64,000 bases of DNA from an uncultured Sphingobacteriales bacterium. GTDB taxonomy: Bacteria; Bacteroidota; Bacteroidia; CAILMK01; CAYYUA01. The position numbers were made by a program, and so were the translations under genes. The DNA lies in contig CAZJWK010000004.1 in NCBI GenBank assembly GCA_964549595.1, forward strand, positions 7,153 to 71,152, in the 5' to 3' direction. Shown here one piece after another: positions 9,862 to 19,073 of this stretch (position 1 is its first letter; each line of letters starts with the position of its first letter). The notes beneath the pieces are model-generated. The model searched no databases, was not told the origin of the DNA, and saw only the letters and a program-made list of their open reading frames with translations.

Positions 9862-10749
9862 ATGAAATTTGCCATTTATGCAAGGACCGGGAAAAAAATT
9901 AACACTTCCCTTATTGAGCATTTTTTCAACCTTTTAGAAAAATACCAAATTGATTACTTTATAAACGAAAACTTTCTCCAAGCACTAAACCATTATCAGG
10001 ATTTTAATATTGAGCCCCAAAAAGCTTTTCAGGAAGATTCCTCCATTGAATATTTAGGGGTCAATTTTGTAGTGAGTTTGGGAGGAGACGGTACCCTTTT
10101 GGATACATTAACTTTGGTACAAAACACAGAAATACCTGTAATCGGCTTAAATACCGGCCGGTTAGGTTTCCTGGCCAATATTCCCAAAGAAACGCTTGAC
10201 TTAGCCATTCAGGATTTATTCAATGAGCACTACTCAGTGGAATCCAGGACCCTGCTCAAACTTTCCGCTAATAAGCACATTTTTCCAGAAAATAATTTTG
10301 CCCTTAATGACTTTACCATCCATAAAAGGGATAAGTCCTCAATGGTAACAGTAGAAACTTACCTTGACGGAGAATATTTCAATGTCTACTGGGCGGACGG
10401 TATCATAGCGGCAACACCAACTGGCTCTACAGGTTATTCATTGAGTTGCGGAGGTCCGATTATCTTCCCAAATGCTCAGAACATTATCCTAACACCCGTA
10501 GCTCCTCATAATCTAAACATCCGTCCCATTATTTTACCGGATACCTCTACAATCCAGTTCAAAGTCACCGGACGGGGTACCAATTATTTAGCCTCGCTGG
10601 ATTCAAGGTATGAAGTGTTAGATTATTCTTATGAATTAACGGTTTGCAAGGCCCCGTTTTCCATGAAATTGGTTAAATTAGACAGGCAATCGTTCATTCA
10701 AACCTTAAGGGAAAAATTGAAGTGGGGAGTAGATACCCGTAATCAATAA
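9862..10749 (+). CDS. nadK: NAD+ kinase
   Basis: The GGDGTLL and NTGRLGFL motifs and DGIIAATPTGSTGYSLSCGGPI are diagnostic of NAD kinase. Confidence 0.85.
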   Translation: MKFAIYARTGKKINTSLIEHFFNLLEKYQIDYFINENFLQALNHYQDFNIEPQKAFQEDSSIEYLGVNFVVSLGGDGTLLDTLTLVQNTEIPVIGLNTGRLGFLANIPKETLDLAIQDLFNEHYSVESRTLLKLSANKHIFPENNFALNDFTIHKRDKSSMVTVETYLDGEYFNVYWADGIIAATPTGSTGYSLSCGGPIIFPNAQNIILTPVAPHNLNIRPIILPDTSTIQFKVTGRGTNYLASLDSRYEVLDYSYELTVCKAPFSMKLVKLDRQSFIQTLREKLKWGVDTRNQ

Positions 10750-10850
10750 TAATACTTCGGTTAATAAAATCTTAAAAACAACATGGAGTTTCTACCAAAA
10801 TTTTTATAATTTTACATCGGTTTAAACAAACTATAAAACCAATAAACCCT

Positions 10851-11684
10851 ATGAAACGCAGAGGATTTTCCTTATTTGTATTACTTTTTTTAACAAGTAT
10901 CTTTACCCTTAAAGCCCAAGATAAAGAGGCTGGCTTGCTTTTAGGAGTTTCCCAATATCAAGGAGATTTATCAAAAAGTGATTACACCCTGTCCGAAACA
11001 CAACCAAGTTTTGGTGGCTTATTTCGGTATTATTTCAATCCCAAAATAAATTTAAAGGCCTCTATTTCCTATGGGTGGCTTTCAGGAGATGATGCAAATT
11101 ATGCTGATGAGGACCGCTTTCGAAAGAAAAGGAATTTAAGCTTTAAAACTCATTTATTAGAAGGTTCTGTTCAGGCAGAGTATAATATATTACCTTTTGT
11201 CAGTAATAGTCGCCTTTATAAATGGGCACCCTATGTTTTTACCGGTATCTCCGTGTTTAATTTTAATCCGAAAACTGAACACAAAGGCAGCACGGTTGAT
11301 CTTCAACCTTTGGGTACTGAAGGTCAAGGCACTGCTGGTAGGCCGGATAAATACAGCCGGACCCAAATTTCAATCCCTTTTGGGGGTGGCATCAAATACA
11401 GTGTTGGTGGAGGCTGGAATATCGGTTTAGAATTCGGTTTAAGAAAGACATTTACTGATTACATTGATGATGTCAGTGACAGTTATAGTGATCAATACGC
11501 AGGACCCGATGCAGAACTGGCAGCGGATGTAGCTGACCGATCAGAGGAAATTGACAGGTTCGACAATCAAGCTTTCGAAGGAGGGGATGGCCGTGGTAAT
11601 CCTGATTTAGATGATTGGTATAGTCAACTCGGTTTCACAATAACCAAAACGTTCCGTAAGCAAAAGTGTATGGGGTTTTATTAA
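10851..11684 (+). CDS. Putative outer-membrane beta-barrel protein, paralog 1 of 3 (DUF6089-like)
   Basis: A signal peptide is present. Shared motifs with the two following ORFs are QNWE/GxxGGxSxYxGDL, RNLSF, FTGxxxFxFNPKT, QPLGTEGQG, TDYxDDVS, DDWY and a C-terminal Cys-aromatic tail (KCMGFY). Confidence 0.6.
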   Translation: MKRRGFSLFVLLFLTSIFTLKAQDKEAGLLLGVSQYQGDLSKSDYTLSETQPSFGGLFRYYFNPKINLKASISYGWLSGDDANYADEDRFRKKRNLSFKTHLLEGSVQAEYNILPFVSNSRLYKWAPYVFTGISVFNFNPKTEHKGSTVDLQPLGTEGQGTAGRPDKYSRTQISIPFGGGIKYSVGGGWNIGLEFGLRKTFTDYIDDVSDSYSDQYAGPDAELAADVADRSEEIDRFDNQAFEGGDGRGNPDLDDWYSQLGFTITKTFRKQKCMGFY

Positions 11685-11764
11685 ATAAAACCTGATTTTA
11701 ATTTCATCTTTCCCTACAATTTTCTTTATTTCGCTCCGTTTCAAACAAGAAAAGGGGAACTAAC

Positions 11765-12586
11765 ATGAAAAAACTAACATGCCTCCTATGGATTTTATTA
11801 CCATCAACACTTTTGGCTCAAAATTGGGAATTCGGAGTAATGGGTGGTGCTTCAGTCTATTCGGGAGATCTTGCCGAAGAATTCGTAGCGGTCAATGAAA
11901 TTCACCCAGCTTTTGGTGGTATTGTTCGTTATAACTTTAATAAATATGTGACTTTAAAAAGTAATATTTATTACGGAACCATTAGCGGGGATGACGCAAA
12001 TTCCGATGATCCGTTTAGGGTTCAAAGAAACTTAAGCTTTCAATCGACTATCCTTGATATTGGTGCTCAGGCCGAGATTAATTTTATGGGGTTTAAAACC
12101 ACTGAGCCAAGATTCAGAACCTCTATTTACGGTTTAATTGGTTTTTCCGTGTTCAGATTCAATCCTAAGACGAAATACAATGGCAGATGGGTTGAGCTTC
12201 AACCTTTGGGCACAGAAGGTCAGGGAACTACTAAATTCAACGAGCGTGATAAATATGCCTTAACCCAGGTTTCCATACCCCTTGGTTTAGGAGTTAAACA
12301 TGCCTTTAATAAGCATTGGAGTATTGGCATTGAAATAAGTGGAAGGAAAACATTCACCGATTATTTGGATGACGTCAGTAAAACTTACGTGGCACCGGAA
12401 TTATTAAGGGCAACCCACGGACCCATTTCTGCTAACCTTTCTAACAGAACCGGTGAGGTATTAGATGAACGTAAAGACTTGGATTCAAGAAATGGTAGAG
12501 GAGATCCCACTGATGATGATTGGTATTATTTTGCCGGTGTAACCGTTACCTACACCATCGTTCCTGGTAGGTGCTTTGAATTTTAG
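11765..12586 (+). CDS. Putative outer-membrane beta-barrel protein, paralog 2 of 3 (DUF6089-like)
   Basis: A signal peptide plus the same motif set as paralog 1 (QNWEFGVMGGASVYSGDL, RNLSF, FRFNPKT, QPLGTEGQG, TDYLDDVS, DDWY). The tail is RCFEF. Confidence 0.6.
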   Translation: MKKLTCLLWILLPSTLLAQNWEFGVMGGASVYSGDLAEEFVAVNEIHPAFGGIVRYNFNKYVTLKSNIYYGTISGDDANSDDPFRVQRNLSFQSTILDIGAQAEINFMGFKTTEPRFRTSIYGLIGFSVFRFNPKTKYNGRWVELQPLGTEGQGTTKFNERDKYALTQVSIPLGLGVKHAFNKHWSIGIEISGRKTFTDYLDDVSKTYVAPELLRATHGPISANLSNRTGEVLDERKDLDSRNGRGDPTDDDWYYFAGVTVTYTIVPGRCFEF

Positions 12587-12690
12587 CACTTTAAAAGCCT
12601 TAAGTCACTTATTAAGGATTTACCATCATCCTGTCTTCGCTTCTTCTTCTCAATGACAATAAAATCCTTTTTTACAAGTTAGGAACAGAT

Positions 12691-13503
12691 ATGGGAAAGT
12701 ATTGGACTGTTTTGGCGTTATGCTTAATTTCATCTTTTAGTATTTCCGCTCAAAATTGGGAAGGAGGTTTTTTTGGTGGAGCGAGTAATTACCGAGGGGA
12801 TTTATCACCCTATATTACACCATCCGAAACCCACTCTGCACAAGGCTTTTACTTAAAAAGGAATTTGAGTCAGTTTTTTTCATTTAATTTTGGGTTGACC
12901 CAAGGAACTATTTCGGCTGATGACCAAAATTATAAACACCTCCAAAAAAGAAACCTGAGCTTTAAATCCCAAATAACAGAATTATCTGCCACTGTTGAGT
13001 TTAATTTTTTTCCTTTCCTGAAAGGGCTTAAACCTAATCAATTTACCCCTTTTGTTTTTACAGGGTTAGGATTTTTCAGGTTTAATCCAAAAACCGAATA
13101 CAATGGTCGTACTTACGAACTGGCAAAATATAATACTGAAGGACAAGGCATTACAAAAGATGCCCCTTCTGAATATAGCCTATACCAGCCATCTATACCC
13201 ATGGGTGGCGGACTCAAGTTAAGATTGGCAAAGCGTTTGAATTTAGGTTTTAGGGTAGGTTATAGGGCTACGTTTTTTGATTTTCTGGATGATGTTAGTA
13301 CTAATTATCCCAGTAAAGAGGCTTTGGATCAAAAGGGTAAGGATTTAAGCATAAAGCTCAGTGACAGAAGTAAAAAATCAGAAACTTATTATACAGGGCC
13401 CAAAAAGCAAAGAGGGGATCCCCAGAATAACGACTGGTATGTTTTTGCAGGGATCACGCTATCCTACCATATTAAAAATTCAATTTGTTACGATTTTAAT
13501 TAA
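12691..13503 (+). CDS. Putative outer-membrane beta-barrel protein, paralog 3 of 3 (DUF6089-like, more diverged)
   Basis: A signal peptide plus motifs QNWEGGFFGGASNYRGDL, RNLSF, FRFNPKT, NTEGQG, FDFLDDVS and NDWY. The tail is ICYDFN. Confidence 0.6.
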   Translation: MGKYWTVLALCLISSFSISAQNWEGGFFGGASNYRGDLSPYITPSETHSAQGFYLKRNLSQFFSFNFGLTQGTISADDQNYKHLQKRNLSFKSQITELSATVEFNFFPFLKGLKPNQFTPFVFTGLGFFRFNPKTEYNGRTYELAKYNTEGQGITKDAPSEYSLYQPSIPMGGGLKLRLAKRLNLGFRVGYRATFFDFLDDVSTNYPSKEALDQKGKDLSIKLSDRSKKSETYYTGPKKQRGDPQNNDWYVFAGITLSYHIKNSICYDFN

Positions 13504-13530
13504 CTTTGCAAGTTATTTTTAAAGCTTGCC

Positions 13531-14271
13531 ATGGAAAACCTGAAAGACCAAATAGTCAAGCATCATTTGCCTCAGCATATTGCCGTTATAATGGACGGCA
13601 ATGGTAGATGGGCGAAGCAACACGGAATGGATCGGATTTATGGTCATAATCACGGAGTGACTGCCGTTAGGAATACTGCGGAAGCGTGTGCTGAAATTGG
13701 GGTCAGTTACCTAACCCTTTATGCCTTTTCAAGTGAGAATTGGAAAAGGCCGGAAGAAGAAATAAACGCTTTAATGGATTTATTGGTCCAGACCATTAAA
13801 AATGAAATGCAAACGCTTCAGGATAATAACATCGCTCTTTCTGCCATCGGGGATTTGGAGAACCTTCCTAAAGCCTGCTATCATAGTTTATTCGAAGCCA
13901 TTAATGATACAAAGCACAATACTGGATTAACCTTAAACCTTGCTTTAAGTTACAGCGGGCGATGGGACATAATTCAGGCAGCTAAAACCTTGGGTTACAA
14001 AATCAAGGAAGGTGAACTTTCCCCGGATGATGTAAATGAAGAAGTTTTTAAATCCCATCTGACCACTTCAAACATTCCTGATCCTGCGCTTTTAATTAGA
14101 ACAAGTGGGGAAACCCGGATAAGTAACTTTTTAACTTGGGAATTGGCTTATACGGAATTGATTTTTTTCCAGAAAAATTGGCCCGAATTTACCAAAGACG
14201 ACCTTTATCAGGCCATTGTGGATTACCAAAATCGTGAAAGAAGATTCGGATTGATTAGCGAACAAATTTAA
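13531..14271 (+). CDS. uppS: Isoprenyl transferase (undecaprenyl-diphosphate synthase)
   Basis: HIAVIMDGNGRWA...YAFSSENWKRP and the C-terminal RFG are classic UppS motifs. Confidence 0.9.
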   Translation: MENLKDQIVKHHLPQHIAVIMDGNGRWAKQHGMDRIYGHNHGVTAVRNTAEACAEIGVSYLTLYAFSSENWKRPEEEINALMDLLVQTIKNEMQTLQDNNIALSAIGDLENLPKACYHSLFEAINDTKHNTGLTLNLALSYSGRWDIIQAAKTLGYKIKEGELSPDDVNEEVFKSHLTTSNIPDPALLIRTSGETRISNFLTWELAYTELIFFQKNWPEFTKDDLYQAIVDYQNRERRFGLISEQI

Positions 14272-14279
14272 AAGGTTTT

Positions 14280-16787
14280 ATGAGAGGAAGTAGTCAGAAA
14301 ATTTTGTTCATTTTCCTGTTAATTTATTTTTCGGGTTTAAATGGGGCATTAGCACAAGTGGACACACCCGACTTAGGGCGAAAACCTATAATGGATTATC
14401 AAACCCCTTCCCAATACAATTTAGCAGACATTTCAATAAGAGGTAATGGAAGAATAAACAAGAAGGTAATTAAAGCCTATTCTGGCCTTAAGGAAGGGCA
14501 ACAAATCTCTATTCCGGGTGATGATATCAGCAATGCTATTCGAAATTTATGGGATCAAAACCTTTTTAAAGATGTCTCCATTAAAATTAATAAAATAAAA
14601 AATAACAATGTTTTTCTATTAATTGACCTGGATACGAGGCCCCGGTTAGCTAAGTTTAAAATAAAAGGTGTTTCAAGAAATGAGGCATCTGATATTAGGG
14701 AAAAAATTCAGTTGGTTAAGGGAAAAATTTTAACCCGCCAACTTATTAAAGAGGTCAAAAATAAAATCAAGACCTACTTTAGGGATGAAGGTTACCTCAA
14801 AGCCCAGATTAATATTGAGGCCGAAGAAGGTAACCTTTTTAAGAAGAAAAATTCAACCTTAATCATTGATATTGACAAGGGTGAAAAAATTAAAATTAAG
14901 GACATTACCTTCTCAGGAAATAAAAATTTCAAAGCCCGTAAGTTAAGGAGAGCAATGGAAAATACAAACCAAAAAAGCCTCCTTAATCTTTTCAAATCAG
15001 CCAAGTTTAACCCTGAACATTACAAAGCCGACAAGAAAAAACTAATACAATTTTACAATAAACATGGTTACCGGGATGCAAAGATTGTATCAGATACTAT
15101 CATTACCCTTTCCGAAAAGCGGATCAAAATTCATATCGATTTAAAAGAAGGAAAAAAGTATTACTTTGGAAATATTACCTGGACTGGTAACACAAAATAT
15201 AGTACGAAATTCTTAAACTCAGTATTAAACATTGACAAGGGGGATATTTACAATCCTTCCTTATTGCAACGAAACCTCCGTTTCAATAAAAGGGGTTTAG
15301 ACGTTTCTTCCCTTTACATGGATAACGGTTATTTATTTTTTAATGTCAAACCCGTAGAAACCAGGGTTTACAATGACACCGTTGATATTGAGATTCGCAT
15401 TAATGAAGGCAAACAAGCCACTATAGATGAAATCACTATTAGTGGAAATACCAAAACCAGCGACCACGTAATTTTAAGAGAGTTAAGGACCCGGCCGGGC
15501 GATAAATTTAGTCGGTCTGATATCATTCGTTCAAGAAGGGAATTAGCCCAATTGGGTTATTTTGACGCCAAGAAAACCAATATCACACCCAAACCCAATC
15601 CGCAAGAAGGAACAGTGGATATTAATTACGATGTAGTAGAGCAGCCTTCCGACCAACTCCAATTACAAGGGGGCTGGGGAGCTGGTCAGTTGGTAGGCAG
15701 TGTCGGTATCCAATTCAATAACTTTTCTCTGAGTAAAATAACAGATTTTGAAACCTGGAAACCTCTTCCTTCCGGGGATGGACAAAAATTAAGTCTTAAA
15801 GCTTACTCCAATGGAAGACGATATTCCTCCTTTAATTTCTCTTTTACCGAACCATGGCTTGGCGGACGCAAACCCAACTCCCTCACTATTGGAGCATATT
15901 ATTCCGTCCAGGCAAGAGGAAAAAGGGGCACACCTGAAAGGCAAGCCCTTAGGATAACCGGTGTTAATGTGGGACTGGGAAAGCGCCTGAATTTCCCGGA
16001 TAATTATTTTAATTTAAACAACACCCTGGAATTTCAAAGGTATAAATTGGAGGACTATCAATTACCGGAACTTACCCAGAACCTGGGTTTCCAGAATGGA
16101 AAGTCTTTTTCCATAAGTTTAAAGCACAAACTTTCAAGAAATTCAGTAAATGACCGAATTTATCCCACTAAAGGTGGTAAATATTCCCTATCGGTTAAAT
16201 ATACACCTCCTTATTCCTCTTTTAGTAATACAAACTTTGAGGATGTAGATGCGCAGCGTAGATACAAATGGCTTGAATTCCATAAATGGAAGTTTAAATC
16301 CTCATATTTCCTGAATCTCGTTGATGATTTGGTCTTAAATGCCCGCGCTAATTTCGGTTATTTAGGCCTATACAATAGTAATATCGGTGTTACTCCGTTT
16401 GAACGATTCTTCGTAGGAGGTGATGGTTTGCAAGGATTTCAACTGGATGGAAGGGAATTGATCCGGTTAAGAGGCTATCAGAATAATGCTTTGAATCCCG
16501 GTCTTGGCGCAAATATCTTTAATAAGTACACCTTGGAATTGCGTTATCCCGTTCTGCGGAGACGTTCAGCAAAAATCTTTTTCCAAACTTTTCTGGAAGG
16601 GGGTAATAGTTGGTTAGGTATTGAAAATTTTAACCCTTTTGATATTCATCGGTCTGCAGGTGTGGGAGTACGCGTTTTCCTACCCATGTTCGGACTTCTT
16701 GGGGTCGACTGGGGCTATGGCTTTGATTCACAGAATGTAAGAGGAAGCCCGAGTCAGTTCCACATTTCAATAGGGAGGCGTTTTTAA
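14280..16787 (+). CDS. bamA: Outer membrane protein assembly factor BamA
   Basis: An 835-aa protein with a signal peptide, repeated POTRA-like modules and a C-terminal Omp85 barrel ending in ...SIGRRF. It starts 8 nt after uppS, the conserved uppS-bamA-skp-skp-murI order. Confidence 0.85.
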   Translation: MRGSSQKILFIFLLIYFSGLNGALAQVDTPDLGRKPIMDYQTPSQYNLADISIRGNGRINKKVIKAYSGLKEGQQISIPGDDISNAIRNLWDQNLFKDVSIKINKIKNNNVFLLIDLDTRPRLAKFKIKGVSRNEASDIREKIQLVKGKILTRQLIKEVKNKIKTYFRDEGYLKAQINIEAEEGNLFKKKNSTLIIDIDKGEKIKIKDITFSGNKNFKARKLRRAMENTNQKSLLNLFKSAKFNPEHYKADKKKLIQFYNKHGYRDAKIVSDTIITLSEKRIKIHIDLKEGKKYYFGNITWTGNTKYSTKFLNSVLNIDKGDIYNPSLLQRNLRFNKRGLDVSSLYMDNGYLFFNVKPVETRVYNDTVDIEIRINEGKQATIDEITISGNTKTSDHVILRELRTRPGDKFSRSDIIRSRRELAQLGYFDAKKTNITPKPNPQEGTVDINYDVVEQPSDQLQLQGGWGAGQLVGSVGIQFNNFSLSKITDFETWKPLPSGDGQKLSLKAYSNGRRYSSFNFSFTEPWLGGRKPNSLTIGAYYSVQARGKRGTPERQALRITGVNVGLGKRLNFPDNYFNLNNTLEFQRYKLEDYQLPELTQNLGFQNGKSFSISLKHKLSRNSVNDRIYPTKGGKYSLSVKYTPPYSSFSNTNFEDVDAQRRYKWLEFHKWKFKSSYFLNLVDDLVLNARANFGYLGLYNSNIGVTPFERFFVGGDGLQGFQLDGRELIRLRGYQNNALNPGLGANIFNKYTLELRYPVLRRRSAKIFFQTFLEGGNSWLGIENFNPFDIHRSAGVGVRVFLPMFGLLGVDWGYGFDSQNVRGSPSQFHISIGRRF

Positions 16788-16832
16788 AAGCATTATTGGC
16801 TTTTTCTTGTCTTATAAACACAAAATTTAACT

Positions 16833-17402
16833 ATGTTAAGGAAATTATTTGTCATCGGTTTCTGCTTAGTGCTTTTAAGTTTTGTTGATGTTACGGCCCA
16901 AAGATTCGCCTATGTCAACACCGAATATATTTTACAAAAAATGCCGGAATATAAAGCCGCACAAGAAAAACTAGATCAGTTGACCAAGAGGTGGAAAGAA
17001 GAAATACAGAAAAGGGTGAAAGAAATCGACAAGCTTTATAACAATTACCAAGCAGAAAAAGCACTCCTCCCGGAAAAAGAAAAACAAAAGCGTGAAGAGA
17101 AAATTGCCCGGAAAGAAGAAGCCCTGAAAAAATTCAAAGAAGAAAAATTTGGTGAAGAAGGAGAGCTTTATCAAAAAAGGAAGGAGCTTATAAAGCCTAT
17201 CCAGGATCGTGTATTTAATAAAGTGCAAAAGCTTGCCAAGGAACAATCTCTTGATTTCGTTTTCGATAAAAGTGGGGCTGTGACTATGCTTTACACCAAT
17301 GCTAAATACAACAGGAGTGACAAGGTTCTTAAAATGCTTGGTGTGGATGTCAATGAATCCAAAGAAAAATCCGGGGAATCAGAGAAAGATGGGAGGCGTT
17401 AA
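16833..17402 (+). CDS. OmpH/Skp-family periplasmic chaperone (copy 1)
   Basis: A signal peptide followed by a long K/E-rich coiled-coil and YxN...Q motifs. It lies immediately downstream of bamA. Confidence 0.7.
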   Translation: MLRKLFVIGFCLVLLSFVDVTAQRFAYVNTEYILQKMPEYKAAQEKLDQLTKRWKEEIQKRVKEIDKLYNNYQAEKALLPEKEKQKREEKIARKEEALKKFKEEKFGEEGELYQKRKELIKPIQDRVFNKVQKLAKEQSLDFVFDKSGAVTMLYTNAKYNRSDKVLKMLGVDVNESKEKSGESEKDGRR

Positions 17403-17511
17403 GCCAAAATATTTTTTAATGTCCCTATTTAAATTTCAAAAAATTGGGCATGCCACAATTAATCAACAATAAATTATTTATTAATTTTGCATCCATAAAA
17501 ATTATTGAAAA

Positions 17512-18015
17512 ATGACTACAATCAAAGGTTTTCTCACTGCTTTTATAGTATGCTTTACCATTTTCCAAGCTTCGGGGCAGAATTTAGCACACGTAGACAG
17601 AAGTGAAATTTTACAATCCATGCCAGAGGTAAAAAAAGCAAGACAAAACTTGAAAAAGTATAGTGAAGAAATGCAGAGGCAGGTTGAAGATTTAATGAAG
17701 GAATACCGGAATAAGATTCAAAGTTTCCAAAAGCGAAAAGGGAACATGTCCAGCACCATGAGAAATGATAAGCAAAGGGAATTAAAAAACCTTGAGGAAA
17801 GGATTCAAAAATTCCGGAAAGACGCCCAAAAACAAGTAACCGAAAAAGAAAAGGAGCTTTTACAGCCCATTATTGATAAAGTAAACAAAGCCATTGAGAA
17901 TGTAGCCAAGAAAAAAGGTTACACTTACGTTTTCGATGCCTCCCAGCGTTCAATCTTGTATGCTAAAGAAAGCAGAGATATCACACCTTTAGTCAAACAA
18001 AGATTGGGTTTATAA
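17512..18015 (+). CDS. OmpH/Skp-family periplasmic chaperone (copy 2)
   Basis: It has the same architecture as copy 1. A tandem skp pair after bamA is typical for Bacteroidota. Confidence 0.7.
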   Translation: MTTIKGFLTAFIVCFTIFQASGQNLAHVDRSEILQSMPEVKKARQNLKKYSEEMQRQVEDLMKEYRNKIQSFQKRKGNMSSTMRNDKQRELKNLEERIQKFRKDAQKQVTEKEKELLQPIIDKVNKAIENVAKKKGYTYVFDASQRSILYAKESRDITPLVKQRLGL

Positions 18016-18029
18016 ACACCCTAAAGCCC

Positions 18030-18842
18030 TTGACCGACAACCGTCCAATTGGGATTTTTGATTCCGGTGTTGGTGGCTTGACCATGGCTCACGGGATTCA
18101 TCAATCTCTCCCGGATGAAAATTTAATTTTTTTCGGTGACACTGCCCATTTGCCTTATGGCGATAAATCCAACCATGCCATCAGGCATTTTTCAGAAGGT
18201 ATCATTCGGTTTTTACTCGATCAAAACTGTAAAGCCATTATAATTGCCTGCAATACGGCTTCCTCAGTGGCCTATCCGTATTTAAAAAAAAAGTTTGGTA
18301 GCGATACCCTCATCATTAATGTGATTGATCCAGTTGTAGCCTATTGCCTCAATATTCTGAAAGCTCAAAAAATAGGAGTGATAGGGACTAAAGGTACGAT
18401 TCGTTCAAGGGCTTACCCTAAAAAATTCCGGGCTGCACAAAAAGACGTAAAAGTAACCAGCGCTACAACTCCTTTGTTAGCCCCGATGATAGAAGAAGGT
18501 TTTTACAATAACAACATCAGCCAAACCATTATAAACACCTACTTGTCAAAAAAACAATTTGAGGACATTGAAGTAATGATTCTGGCTTGCACGCACTACC
18601 CATTAATAAAAGCCGAGGTGGAAAAATTTTACAAGGGCCTGGTTGACATTGTTGATAACACCAAAGCAACCGTTAATCAAATCAAAGGACTTATTGAAGA
18701 AAATCAATTAGGTGCGAACGAGGAAAAACACTCCGGCCATTATTTTTACATATCTGACTATACAAAATCCTTCCAAGAAACAGCCAAGCTTTTCTTCCAA
18801 AAGGACATAACATTAGAAGAAAAGGATATCTGGGGTATTTAA
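18030..18842 (+). CDS. murI: Glutamate racemase
   Basis: Motifs IGIFDSGVGGLT, ACNTAS and ILACTHYP carry the two catalytic Cys residues. Confidence 0.85.
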   Translation: MTDNRPIGIFDSGVGGLTMAHGIHQSLPDENLIFFGDTAHLPYGDKSNHAIRHFSEGIIRFLLDQNCKAIIIACNTASSVAYPYLKKKFGSDTLIINVIDPVVAYCLNILKAQKIGVIGTKGTIRSRAYPKKFRAAQKDVKVTSATTPLLAPMIEEGFYNNNISQTIINTYLSKKQFEDIEVMILACTHYPLIKAEVEKFYKGLVDIVDNTKATVNQIKGLIEENQLGANEEKHSGHYFYISDYTKSFQETAKLFFQKDITLEEKDIWGI

Positions 18843-18942
18843 TTTCAGAACCCCTATCCAGTGGTAGAACCTTAAATTTTAATCATAGGCTGAAGGTGGA
18901 TTTTAACGAATCCTTATAAATTAACTTTATCGGTCACTTTTG

Positions 18943-18961
18943 CCCCGACCTTTAGGTCGGG
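18943..18961 (+). terminator. GC-rich hairpin (CCCGACC-TTTA-GGTCGGG) downstream of murI; weak U-tract
   Basis: A 7-bp perfect GC-rich stem in an AT-rich convergent intergenic region. It is followed by ATTT only, so the intrinsic-terminator call is tentative. Confidence 0.4.
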
Positions 18962-18987
18962 ATTTAAAGTAAAAAAGAAAGAAAGAA

Positions 18988-19027
18988 GGCTTTAGCCTTT
19001 AAGTTGGTTCATCTAATGGCTAAAGCC
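18988..19027 (-). terminator. Rho-independent terminator for clpX (minus strand)
   Basis: On the minus strand: GGCTTTAGCC-(20 nt loop)-GGCTAAAGCC, a 10-bp stem followed by a T-rich run (TTCTTTCTTTCTTTTTT). It sits immediately after the clpX stop. Confidence 0.5.
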
Positions 19028-19073
19028 ATTGTTATTCAAATACTTAAATTTGTTACACCCCAGTCTGAAGGCT

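Noticed and set aside
16971-17246. A 91-aa minus-strand ORF rich in F/K/L inside the first skp gene
   Set aside because: It is the antisense reading of a K/E-rich coiled-coil coding region; the ompH/skp call on the plus strand explains the sequence.
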